Part shown: piece by piece, positions 1-8,606 of the stretch | How the letters are laid out: each line of letters opens with the position of its first letter | Position numbering within the stretch: position 1 is the first letter of the stretch | Assembly (NCBI GenBank): GCA_030429705.1 | Contig: JAUIES010000002.1 | Coordinates: 1-64,000 of the forward strand | Length of the DNA: 64,000 nucleotides | Direction of reading: 5' to 3' | Origin: Phycisphaerae bacterium | GTDB taxonomy: Bacteria; Planctomycetota; Phycisphaerae; Phycisphaerales; UBA1924 | Program-made: the position numbers and the translations under genes | The notes under the pieces: generated by a model | The model's input: the letters and a program-made list of their open reading frames with translations, nothing else | Told to the model about the DNA's origin: nothing | Databases searched by the model: none

Positions 1-48
1 TGCGTACACCGGTAGATATCTGCACCAGCCCGCGCGCTGTCGCGCGCA

Positions 49-591
49 TCATGAGCAATTTGGATCGAATCCGCGAAAGTGGGGGCGTAGTTTCTTTAGT
101 TGTCGGTAGATCGTGCCTCGGTGGACATCGATGGAGTCGGCAATCTCAACCACCGATCGAGTGCTGAGTTGGCTTGCGAGATGGGAGAGTTTGTCCGGGA
201 GCAGGTGGACCACATGCCGGACCTCCGCCCGCTCGGCTTCCGACAGGCGATCCTCACCAGTCGGTACTCGTCGTTGATCTCGCGCCAGCGTGTACTGGTT
301 GCAAGAGACTGTCCGCGAGCAAGCGTTGGACTTCGCCAGTCGGCGGCCATGGTGCAAAAAAGACTTGTCGAGGACCCTGGAGATATAGGTCGCGGTGGAA
401 GCGCGGGCGGGGTCGTACTTCCGCATCGCTCGGACTACGTCCAGTGTCATGTTCTGGAAGAGGTCTTCTCGATCATGGCAAGAGAGCCGGAACCGCCGAG
501 CTAGTTGATCGGACCGCCAGCGGATCTGTTGGTTCGTTTGTATCCAAGAATCAAGATTCTGTCGCGTTTTCGTGCCCGTGAAATTCTTCAT
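49..591 (-). CDS. sigma-70 family (ECF-like) sigma-factor-like protein inside mobile element
   Basis: 180 aa. C-terminal region-4-type HTH (LSEAERAEVRHVV...VVEIADSIDVHRGTIYRQLKKL) and a region-2-like segment. Same strand as, and downstream of, the recombinase cassette. Confidence 0.5.
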   Translation of the reverse strand: MKNFTGTKTRQNLDSWIQTNQQIRWRSDQLARRFRLSCHDREDLFQNMTLDVVRAMRKYDPARASTATYISRVLDKSFLHHGRRLAKSNACSRTVSCNQYTLARDQRRVPTGEDRLSEAERAEVRHVVHLLPDKLSHLASQLSTRSVVEIADSIDVHRGTIYRQLKKLRPHFRGFDPNCS

Positions 592-756
592 TCGAACTCC
601 CGTCGTTGTAAATCGAGGACGAACAACGTCCCCTGTTTACAACCGGGTCGAATTTCAGATGTATGTGAAATGCGGAAGTGAAATCGTGCGAAATCGGAGT
701 TAAAACACACGTGAGAGAGTCAAAAGAAACTCAAACGGAGTTTCATGAACGGGGGT

Positions 757-1404
757 TTATGAAACGCAAGGGCGGAAACTCCGCTGTGAGTCTTTCCAAA
801 AAAGCAATGAGTCTGGATGCTGAATTGCACTGAAAAGCTCCTTTAGCGGTCGGTTTGAGTCGTCCTTCAAGACTCGTGAGAGGGTCGAACACGACGTGCC
901 GATCCGAACTGCGAGTTGCCTTTGAGTCAAAGGGGGTAGCTGAGGCGTAACTTCGTTTAAATTGGACTCCTCAATAATCTGAATCCGCGATTTGGCTTCT
1001 CTTTGCAGTTCTCCGATTAGCTGCGCGGTGACCATTTCACGATTGGCCCTGTTGGGAATACGCTGCTTCGGAGGACAATTTGCGACTTGTGTCTGTGCCC
1101 CATCACAGCATTCACAATGCTCGCGACGCGGTCTGATCAACCCTTGATCGAATGCCGATACGTCCGGCATCGGTCTGTCAAAACGAGCGGGTGTGAGTTG
1201 CGGTGATTCAATTGGAGGCAGCGCAAGCACAGTTTGCATCGCACGAACTGACAGGAACTGTTTTGATTCCAGCGCGATACGAGACATGGATGAGGCACGG
1301 AAGGCTGCTTGAAGTTGGGTGCACTTCCACCCGGCTAGTTCAAATTGAGATGCTATCCGTGTGAGTGATTCGATGCCAGCAAGTGTAACCATGATGAACT
1401 CCAT
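757..1404 (-). CDS. hypothetical HTH-containing protein (mobile-element cargo)
   Basis: 215 aa. Probable HTH (LTQRQLAVRIGTSCSTLSRVLKD). Cys-rich central segment. No family recognised. Confidence 0.4.
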   Translation of the reverse strand: MEFIMVTLAGIESLTRIASQFELAGWKCTQLQAAFRASSMSRIALESKQFLSVRAMQTVLALPPIESPQLTPARFDRPMPDVSAFDQGLIRPRREHCECCDGAQTQVANCPPKQRIPNRANREMVTAQLIGELQREAKSRIQIIEESNLNEVTPQLPPLTQRQLAVRIGTSCSTLSRVLKDDSNRPLKELFSAIQHPDSLLFWKDSQRSFRPCVS

Positions 1405-1523
1405 GACAGGAATACCCCAGCGACGATTCTTACCGTGGAATCACGAGAGGTACTTCTTAACCGAACTGTTAACAGGATCGGTTCGTCGGAGTCTTCAAAT
1501 TAAGTTTCTCAAAATTGTGCCGA

Positions 1524-1946
1524 TCAGACGGAAATTCTAGATCGCGCCTGGGTCCACATTTCTCTCTGCTCTGCCCATTCGATCTGCGATGCGATTGGTC
1601 GCAGGTCACGCTCAGTGATGGGATCTCGACCCTCAGAGACGCGTTCGAGACTGAGAAGGGCTTCCTGGATGTCGGGCGCGAGGTGCAAGAGGTTCATGAT
1701 CTGCGTCACTCGGGCTCGAGTTACGTGGCCAAGACACGCCAATTCGGCTTGGTCGGTCACCGAACCGTTTGCAAGCAGACGCTCGAATCGGATGGCGAGT
1801 GCCATGAGTTTGGCGATCCGAGGCCTGCGCCCAGCGATCACGACAGGCTGGGGCGCGGGACCCACTCGAAGTTCACGTCGCCCTCGACCGCTGGTCTCGA
1901 AGTGCACTCGCGTCGTGACGGTCCTTCCTTGGCTCTGTATGGTCAT
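1524..1946 (-). CDS. small ParB/KorB-type HTH protein, recombinase-associated
   Basis: 140 aa. Motif DQAELACLGHVTRARVTQIMNLLHLAPDIQEAL resembles the ParB HTH. Overlaps the recombinase stop by 4 nt, suggesting translational coupling. Confidence 0.5.
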   Translation of the reverse strand: MTIQSQGRTVTTRVHFETSGRGRRELRVGPAPQPVVIAGRRPRIAKLMALAIRFERLLANGSVTDQAELACLGHVTRARVTQIMNLLHLAPDIQEALLSLERVSEGRDPITERDLRPIASQIEWAEQREMWTQARSRISV

Positions 1947-3364
1947 GCGGCATCCTCTTCGAAATTCGGCTCGATCAGATCATGGAATGTCAGACTCACG
2001 GACTCGTGCTCGGCATCCCACGAGATGCACTTCACCACCGCGTGAATGAGGTGCTCATGCTCACGCTGGGTCAGCGCCTCCCACACTTGGTCAAACATCT
2101 GCACCGCCCCCATGAGTTCGTCGCGGTCGATGTCCGTGTTGGGGTCCCGTGCACGAAGTTGAATTTCGGCGATATTCACGATCGCGGATGCAGTCGCCTC
2201 ATCGGTCGCCAGCACACGGATCTGATCGATGACAAACTGCTCCAGATCTCCGGCGGGCAATGCTGGGCTTGGACACGACGCCCACCCCTGGGCTTGGGCT
2301 TTTCGGCACACGTAGTAGTGGTAACGCTTGGTCGCCTTTCCCTTACGCACACTTGAGAAGTGATGCACCATCGCGCAATCACAGGCCTCGCACCGCACCA
2401 GTCCTTTAAGCAATGCACCATGCCGGTTTCGGATGCGTGAGCCGCCGGTGCGACCATTTAGCGAGAGCTGGGCACGCACGCGGTCATAGACCTCGATATC
2501 CACGATGGCTCCATGCTCTCCCTCGAAGATGTCGTCGTGGTGCCGCACTTTGCCGATGTAGCCCACATTGGTCAACATGGCGAAGACCGCGCCCTTGTCG
2601 AGCGTCTTCCCGCCCTGCGGTTTCCCCGCCTTTGATGTCCACGACTTTGTGGTCCAGCCGCGTTTCTGACACTCCTGGACTACAGGCATAAGTGAACCGA
2701 GCGTCAGGTAGAGGTCGTACACCTCACGGACGCGTTTCGCTTCTGGCTCATTCACAATAAGCTTCGAGCCGCCCGGCCCGGGTACCAAGTCGTAGCCGAG
2801 CAAGGGCCTTCCGCCAGCCCACTTGCCCTTGCGTCGCGCAGCGGCAATCTTGTCGCGTGTGCGTTCCGAAATGATCTCGCGTTCAAACTGGGCGAAGCTG
2901 AGCAGGATGTTGAGGGTGAGTCGACCCATTGAATGCGTCGTGTTGAACTGCTGGGTCACCGAGACAAACGACACGCCGTGCTTGTCGAAGGTCTCCATCA
3001 GCCGCGAAAAGTCCATCAGCGAGCGGCTGAGCCGATCGACCTTGTAGACGACCACGCAGTCGACCATGCCGGCTTCGATGTCAATCATCAGCCGCTTGAG
3101 AGCTGGCCGTTCAATATTGCCGCCAGTGAAACCGCCATCGTTGTACTGTTCCTCGTTGCACACCCAGCCTTCGTTTTTCTGGCTAGCGATGTACGACTCG
3201 CCGCTGTCGCGCTGAGCATCGAGTGAGTTGAACTCGAGCTCCAGACCTTCCTCGGTGCTCTTGCGCGTGTAGATGGCGCACCGGATGACTTTGTCTGACT
3301 GACTCTTCACCGTCCGCCCTTTCGAGCCTTCTGCTTGAGGCCAAAGAACAGAAAGCCGTTCCAA
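1943..3364 (-). CDS. large serine recombinase (resolvase/invertase N-domain, recombinase domain, zinc ribbon)
   Basis: 473 aa. N-terminal catalytic region (CAIYTRKST...DAQR) contains a Ser. Also VYKVDRLSRS, the recombinase domain, and a Cys cluster CEACDC...YYVC. Confidence 0.9.
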   Translation of the reverse strand: MERLSVLWPQAEGSKGRTVKSQSDKVIRCAIYTRKSTEEGLELEFNSLDAQRDSGESYIASQKNEGWVCNEEQYNDGGFTGGNIERPALKRLMIDIEAGMVDCVVVYKVDRLSRSLMDFSRLMETFDKHGVSFVSVTQQFNTTHSMGRLTLNILLSFAQFEREIISERTRDKIAAARRKGKWAGGRPLLGYDLVPGPGGSKLIVNEPEAKRVREVYDLYLTLGSLMPVVQECQKRGWTTKSWTSKAGKPQGGKTLDKGAVFAMLTNVGYIGKVRHHDDIFEGEHGAIVDIEVYDRVRAQLSLNGRTGGSRIRNRHGALLKGLVRCEACDCAMVHHFSSVRKGKATKRYHYYVCRKAQAQGWASCPSPALPAGDLEQFVIDQIRVLATDEATASAIVNIAEIQLRARDPNTDIDRDELMGAVQMFDQVWEALTQREHEHLIHAVVKCISWDAEHESVSLTFHDLIEPNFEEDAA

Positions 3365-3867
3365 TGGGAGCCGGTGATGGCGTGAGCCACGGCGCTGAGC
3401 GAGCGATACACCTGGCCTTGATAGTCGAAGCCGTGGGGGAGGACCAGGACCCGATGCTCTACGCCGTTGTGGCTTCGGGTGAGGACGGCACCCGGCAAGG
3501 GCAGCCGTTGATCGCTTCGCGCCAGCGGGCCCGTGACGGTCTGTGAGCCACCTTGGGAAGAAACGGGCTCACGAGGTGGACGAGCCCGCAGGTCGGCGTC
3601 GTCGGCGATATCAGCGGCAAGACGGCGCGACCGTGCAACCGCACGCTCAGCGAGATCGCCCTCGGCCCGCAACTGAAGCCGCCACGCGATCCTCCGCCGC
3701 ATCCACTGGCAGTTGCCGGATCGTGTCGGCTCACCGATCACTTCGACATACCGCTCACGCAGTTGCTTCGCGGTCATGTGTTCGAGGGCTTCGATTGCTT
3801 GAATGACTTCATCCGTCATGGAGTACCTCCGGGTCAGCGTTCTTTGGGCGTTCACCGTCCGGGACAC
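3307..3867 (-). CDS. DUF2924 family protein (typical partner of large serine recombinases)
   Basis: Conserved N-terminus MTDEVIQAIEALEHMTAKQLRERY and C-terminal FGLKQK. Overlaps the recombinase start. The true start may be the internal Met at about 3819. Confidence 0.75.
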   Translation of the reverse strand: MSRTVNAQRTLTRRYSMTDEVIQAIEALEHMTAKQLRERYVEVIGEPTRSGNCQWMRRRIAWRLQLRAEGDLAERAVARSRRLAADIADDADLRARPPREPVSSQGGSQTVTGPLARSDQRLPLPGAVLTRSHNGVEHRVLVLPHGFDYQGQVYRSLSAVAHAITGSHWNGFLFFGLKQKARKGGR

Positions 3868-4906
3868 TCACGGCTGGCACTCTCGGCAGTTCAAGTGATG
3901 CTGGCGAGGAATCTGGCAATGTGCTGCAGATTGGTGAGTGGGCCGACATCAGCCGGACCAGACCAGTCGCAAGCGTCTGGACCAGCACCGTTTGCGGATC
4001 GGGGGCATCATCGGAGTCGAGAGGGTGGCGCGTCCGTGCCATGGGTCAGTGCTCCTGCAAAGGGCCTCACCCATTTACATCTGCAGGAGTTGGAGATGTG
4101 TCGCGCGGATTAGGTCAAACGAGGCAGATGCTTTGAAGAGCAGAGCAAGGCAAACAAGCAGGCCTGGCATTGCAGGACCAATGTACACATCAAATTCAGG
4201 CAGCCACAACAGGTGTGGATGTTGACGATGAAGACTGGATGTGCCAAGTTTGAATTCCGGCGGTACTGGATCCTGTAATGTGCATTCGCCGTTATAGGTC
4301 CGGTTCTTGGACCCTAAAGGTGATCCTCCCCGTCAACAATCGGGCCCGGGTCCAGTGGACACGGGTCTTTGCATGTCCTGTTCTCGTTGGCCTCTACAGA
4401 TCGAAGTGTCTGTGATTCGTCGAGTCCGACGGGGCGGCCCGACTGATAGCAGCAAGCTTCTAAACCGCACGTGGTTTCGTACCTAGTGCCGAAATTTTCA
4501 GACTTTATGCCGAGTCTAAGCCGACGAGTGGTGATTCAGCTCTATCTCAACTTCGAGTATCTGTTCGCTCTTGTCTGCCGCGAGCATCTTAGAGCAGCGG
4601 GTGGAACCGTCCACCCAAACAGTGCCCCCTCTCGAGGGGTTTGCTCCACGGAGGAAGGGTTCAACTCGATCAGATGTCTTCAACACGATCGCGCGGCGAG
4701 GACGATCGAAGCGCCTTTGTTCAAAAACAGGAGTCGCAACCGGATGTTCTTGTTCTGTGGACTCACGGCGAATCAGACCGTTTCAACCAGGTCGCAATCC
4801 AGTTTCGAAACCAATCGCCAGCGGTTGTCGGTCGAAACGACGACTAGCCACTTTGTCATCGTCACTCGATGAAACGGATGTGATGTGAGCCGCCGGAATC
4901 GCCTGA

Positions 4907-6517
4907 CTACATGCCGGCATTCACGTCATCCCATGACAATTCAAACTTCGCAAGGTACTTGCGAAGACGATCCGAGTCGTTCACAGACGTGCGTCGTTCT
5001 CGGGTCGCCGCGAAGAGTGTTCGACCCGCTTCAGATAGCGAATGTGATCTTTGGCAAACCTGAATGACTGCTTCGAGTTGAACGCGGTCGAAGAGGTCTA
5101 TGTTCTCGACGCTGGCAGGTCCGAGCAACCTGTTGAGTTCCGGGTGTTCACCCGCGGTGTGTTGATACCATGACCTTCTGAGCCGTTCGGTCTCCTCGGT
5201 CACAACGTCTCTGGAGATTCGGCCTCCAGGTGCAAGCGTTGCCATTCGTGTGACCGCGGCGCCAAGATCGCGAAAATTGCCCGGCCACAAACCTGCGGGC
5301 CCGATCGCGAATTCGAGGAACTGTTTTCGTGCCTCGGTGCTCAATCTGGTTTGTTGCCCGCGATCCCTCGCATATCTCTGCAGTTCAAACTCCAGGTTTG
5401 GCTCAATGTCCTCAGGGCGATCCCGAAGAGCTGGTAACTCAAAAGTCCACAGGTTGATTCGGGCGAGCAAGTCTTCGCGGAAGTCGCCGCTTCGGACTCT
5501 GCCTGCGAGATCTCTATTCGTTCCGACAATCAATTGAAAATCGCTCTGAACCTCTGAATCCGCGCCGAACGGAAGGAACTTTCGTTCTTCTATTGCTCGA
5601 AGCAGCATGGCTTGCTCGTCGAGGCCGAGTTCACCGATCTCGTCAAGAAAGAGTACTCCACCATCTGCAGAGAGCAAAAGCCCGGACCGATCTGAAGCCG
5701 CTCCGGTGAACGCGCCCTTCCTGTGACCGAAGAGCGTGGACATTGCACCATCGCCTCTTAGTGTGGCGCAATTCACTTCGATCAGATTGCCAGCAACAAG
5801 TCGACGGTGTTTTCGGAGGTCGTAGATTCGACCGGCAAGCCGCGACTTACCCGCACCTGTCGGACCGGTGATCAGCATTGGATCGGTGGTTCGTGCGGCG
5901 ACATGTTCGATACGCTCGATCAGTCGATTAAACGCTGCGTTTCTGGTTTCAATGCCGCCCTTGAGCGACGTGATTGCGTCGGTGTGCTCACGCTCGAATC
6001 TCGCGGCGAGTCGATCGTACCGGGACAGATCGAGGTCGATGATACTAAAGGACCCTAATCCATCAGCGGCCTTTCGGGGCGGGCTGGTTTGTATCAAGCG
6101 AGCGGGGAAATAGCGGGATTCTGTGAGCAGAAAGTTGCAAATCTGAGCAACATGAGTGCCGGTGGTGATATGGACCAAGTAGTCCTCTCGGTCGGTATCA
6201 AACTGATATTCGGTTGCAAACTCGTGCAGAACGCTGTAGACCTCTTCAAAGTCCCAGGGGTCGTTCATGTCAACGGTGTGCTGAACGACTTCGGTTTCGG
6301 GTGAGACCGACGCAATGTCCTCGATAATGGTCTGTGCCAATCTGGTCGCTCGTTTGCCGTGGATCAGTTCGAGTCGATCAACGACAAAGTTGTCTTGTTG
6401 ACAAAGTGAAACCGTGGGGCGCCAGCGTTCCCACCGCTTCGGACCTTTGCCGGTGTCAAGTGTTGTGCCGAGGATCCCAAAAACGACCCTCGGCCGAATT
6501 GCCAGCGTGATTGCCAT
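4907..6517 (-). CDS. rtcR: sigma-54-dependent transcriptional regulator RtcR (CARF domain, AAA+ domain, HTH)
   Basis: 536 aa. Near-collinear with E. coli RtcR: N-terminal CARF region, GPTGAGKS Walker A, GAFTGA-type loop (GAFTGAASDR), C-terminal HTH, and ADRLRKYLAKFELSW near the end. Confidence 0.92.
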   Translation of the reverse strand: MAITLAIRPRVVFGILGTTLDTGKGPKRWERWRPTVSLCQQDNFVVDRLELIHGKRATRLAQTIIEDIASVSPETEVVQHTVDMNDPWDFEEVYSVLHEFATEYQFDTDREDYLVHITTGTHVAQICNFLLTESRYFPARLIQTSPPRKAADGLGSFSIIDLDLSRYDRLAARFEREHTDAITSLKGGIETRNAAFNRLIERIEHVAARTTDPMLITGPTGAGKSRLAGRIYDLRKHRRLVAGNLIEVNCATLRGDGAMSTLFGHRKGAFTGAASDRSGLLLSADGGVLFLDEIGELGLDEQAMLLRAIEERKFLPFGADSEVQSDFQLIVGTNRDLAGRVRSGDFREDLLARINLWTFELPALRDRPEDIEPNLEFELQRYARDRGQQTRLSTEARKQFLEFAIGPAGLWPGNFRDLGAAVTRMATLAPGGRISRDVVTEETERLRRSWYQHTAGEHPELNRLLGPASVENIDLFDRVQLEAVIQVCQRSHSLSEAGRTLFAATRERRTSVNDSDRLRKYLAKFELSWDDVNAGM

Positions 6518-6667
6518 GCCGTCTCCAGTTCAATTCGATATAATCATATCGATTCTGATACATGTATATCAATATTTTATCTATCAACAATTGGATCAAA
6601 TCGCAAAATGCGAGGTTTGAGACTCCAGGAGAAGGTTTCGACGCCGATGACTGGCCTCTCGTTGGAT

Positions 6668-6684
6668 TGGCACGTCTCGTGCAT
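6668..6684 (+). promoter_or_regulatory. sigma-54 (-24/-12) promoter TGGCACG-tctc-GTGCAT driving the rtc operon
   Basis: Perfect -24 element TGGCACG. The 4-nt spacer is exact. -12 element GTGCA versus consensus TTGCW. GG/GC spacing is correct. It lies divergent from rtcR, about 35 nt upstream of a strong SD and ATG at 6718. An AT-rich region (6520-6640) upstream is a plausible enhancer/IHF zone. Confidence 0.65.
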
Positions 6685-6717
6685 AGAGCGTCCTGTTACC
6701 AACAAAGGAGACACACG

Positions 6718-6954
6718 ATGGCACACCGAACGCTCACCAAGACGCACCGCCGCCTCTCGGCAAACGAGATTCGGCGCGTATACCTCACCGAACGCACCAC
6801 GGCGGTTTCGTACTTTTGCCCATTCGGCGACGCGGAGACGGCCGTCACCGCGCATCCATTTGTCATGCCTCGCCGTCCGGCGACGCGGCGCCCGTGGGCA
6901 AGCCGCGTTTCGCGACTACGGGTTATGCCGGCAAGTCATGACATGTCGCGTTAG
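6718..6954 (+). CDS. candidate small, highly basic ORF (78 aa), first cistron of the sigma-54 transcript
   Basis: Strong SD AAAGGAGA 7 nt upstream of ATG. Arg-rich product MAHRTLTKTHRRLSANEIRR.... The stop overlaps the first 10 nt of the tRNA-Ile. Could be a GC-rich artefact. Confidence 0.25.
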   Translation: MAHRTLTKTHRRLSANEIRRVYLTERTTAVSYFCPFGDAETAVTAHPFVMPRRPATRRPWASRVSRLRVMPASHDMSR

Positions 6955-7021
6955 CTCAGATTGGTAGAGCACCGAGCTGATAACTCGGCAGTCGCCGGTT
7001 CGACTCCGGCACGCAACACCA
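6945..7021 (+). tRNA. tRNA-Ile (anticodon GAU), CCA encoded
   Basis: Cloverleaf folded by hand: D-arm GCTC/AGATTGGTA/GAGC; anticodon arm CCGAG-CTGATAA-CTCGG; variable loop CAGTC; T-arm GCCGG-TTCGACT-CCGGC; acceptor GTCGCGT/ACGCAAC with a single C3:A70 mismatch; discriminator A plus CCA. Confidence 0.75.
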
Positions 7022-7057
7022 GGCAGGCCGGGAGGCCCGGGGTTCGAATCCCCACCA
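7022..7057 (+). ncRNA. orphan tRNA T-arm-like hairpin (GGGG-TTCGAAT-CCCC followed by ACCA) immediately 3' of tRNA-Ile
   Basis: Contains CCGGG-AGG-CCCGG then GGGGTTCGAATCCCC-ACCA. No D-arm or anticodon arm. Not identical to the tRNA-Ile 3' half. Confidence 0.3.
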
Positions 7058-7434
7058 GATCTGGAATCTGGCTCATTCGTCCATGGTGGGTCGAGGGCTC
7101 ACTAAACACCTGTTTGCCGTTGAGCCAAAGACGAGTTGTGCGATCCGCGTCCAACCGTCGATGGCAAGACACCGGCAATGCAGTCTGAGGGTCGGCGGAT
7201 ACCGATGCCTCGAATGATGCCGCGCAACGCGGGCGTCTGATCTCTCTGGCGTGACCGATGGTCGTGACTTGAGTGAAAGACCACCGCGTTCAGTGAGGTA
7301 TCACGTGAGGTTTCTGAAGTCGATCCCCGCTGCGGGACCGGGTGAATAGGCGCGCGGAAGCTCTCGACTCGCATTGCAAGTTTGAAGTTTGTTTTGACTG
7401 AAGCACCTCATACACCATCGAAAGGAACGCAGTT

Positions 7435-8562
7435 ATGAGAAAGACCATTCGTATCCGTAAGCATGAACTCGGCCTGTGGTTCCGCCACGGCGATCTTTAC
7501 CGGGTCCTGGATCCGGGCGTTCACCGCGTGTGGCTCACGCCAATCGGGCACGCAGATTCATTCGAGATTGTCGACACACTGCGTCCTCAGTTTGACCACG
7601 CAAGACTGAAGACACTCGTTCGCGATGAGATACTTTCAGATCGGCTCACGATTGTTGACTTGAAAGACGAACAGCGCGCCCTCGTCTGGGCGGATGGTCG
7701 ATTGATCGCCATCCTCGGATCGGGAACGCACGCGTTCTGGAACGAACCGGCCCGGATTGAGGTTGAACTGTTCGATGTCAACGATGGTCGATTCGAACAT
7801 CCACAGGCAGAGTCGATATTGAACTTCCCCGGAGGCGTGAAGTTCTTCGATGGCGTTCGCGTTGATGCCCACGAGCGGGCCATGATTTTTCGTGATGGTG
7901 TTCTTGTTGAGCAACTGGATGCGGGGCACTATGTGTTCTGGCGTGGTGGGCCGAAGGTTAGCTGGAAGCCCGTGGATCTACGGGAGCAGGTCGCCGACAT
8001 CCAAGGACAGGAGATCATGTCCGCGGACAAGGTCACGCTACGCGTGAATCTCGTTGTGACGCACCGAGTCTTTGACCCAGCCAAGGCGGTCACGGAGGTT
8101 GCCGATTGGACGCAAACCTTGTATCGAGAGGCCCAGCTTGAGCTTCGAGTTGCCGTCGGAGGACGAACACTCGAAAGGCTGCTCGCCGACAAGGACGAGG
8201 TGGGTAGCGAGATCAAGAATCGACTCGCCAATCGTGCAGCAAAATTTGGTGTGGCGATCTCTGGGGTCGGTCTCCGCGACATCATTCTCCCCGGGGAGAT
8301 GAAAGAGATCCTCAACGAGGTGATCGTTGCGCAGAAGCAATCCGAGGCGAACCTCATCCGGCGCCGCGAGGAGACCGCTGCGGCGCGTAGTCAGGTGAAC
8401 ACAGCCAAATTGCTGGCGGAGAATCCAGTGCTCGCTCGGATGAAGGAACTCGAAGCTCTTCAGGACATCCTCAAAGGTACTGAAGCGACCTTCGTGCTTG
8501 GATCGGGTGATCTCGCGCAGCAGATTGGAAGTTTGATCCGCAAAGAGACGGCTGATTCATGA
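7435..8562 (+). CDS. slipin/SPFH (band-7, stomatin-like) family protein
   Basis: 375 aa. SPFH core (KVTLRVNLVVTHRV...EAQLELRVAVGGRTLERLL...VAISGVGLRDIILPGEMKEILNEVIVAQKQSEANLIRRREETAAARSQVNTAKLLAENPVLARMKELEALQDI). Confidence 0.85.
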   Translation: MRKTIRIRKHELGLWFRHGDLYRVLDPGVHRVWLTPIGHADSFEIVDTLRPQFDHARLKTLVRDEILSDRLTIVDLKDEQRALVWADGRLIAILGSGTHAFWNEPARIEVELFDVNDGRFEHPQAESILNFPGGVKFFDGVRVDAHERAMIFRDGVLVEQLDAGHYVFWRGGPKVSWKPVDLREQVADIQGQEIMSADKVTLRVNLVVTHRVFDPAKAVTEVADWTQTLYREAQLELRVAVGGRTLERLLADKDEVGSEIKNRLANRAAKFGVAISGVGLRDIILPGEMKEILNEVIVAQKQSEANLIRRREETAAARSQVNTAKLLAENPVLARMKELEALQDILKGTEATFVLGSGDLAQQIGSLIRKETADS

Positions 8563-8606
8563 GGCGTTCCCGCTCGCGAAAGCTGGCGGGGCGTATTTGA
8601 AATCTC

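Noticed and set aside
3553-4225. Overlapping 70-190-aa ORFs in the recombinase / rtcR junction
   Set aside because: R/P/G-rich, mutually overlapping in several frames, no SD, no recognisable domains. Typical high-GC noise.
7022-7057. T-arm fragment interpreted as a duplicated tRNA 3' end marking an integrase att site
   Set aside because: Its sequence is not identical to the 3' part of the adjacent tRNA-Ile. The nearby recombinase is a serine recombinase and is 3.5 kb away beyond rtcR.
7162-7178. Second sigma-54-like site TGGCAAGACACCGGCAA upstream of the slipin gene
   Set aside because: The -12 element is poor (CGGCA). The site at 6668-6684 is near consensus and correctly placed. This one might be a weak internal promoter but is not supported.
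6951-7188. ORFs 6961-7188 (plus strand) and 6951-7178 (minus strand) over the tRNA region
   Set aside because: These are translation artefacts of tRNA sequence (GVEPAT-type peptides from the T-arm).
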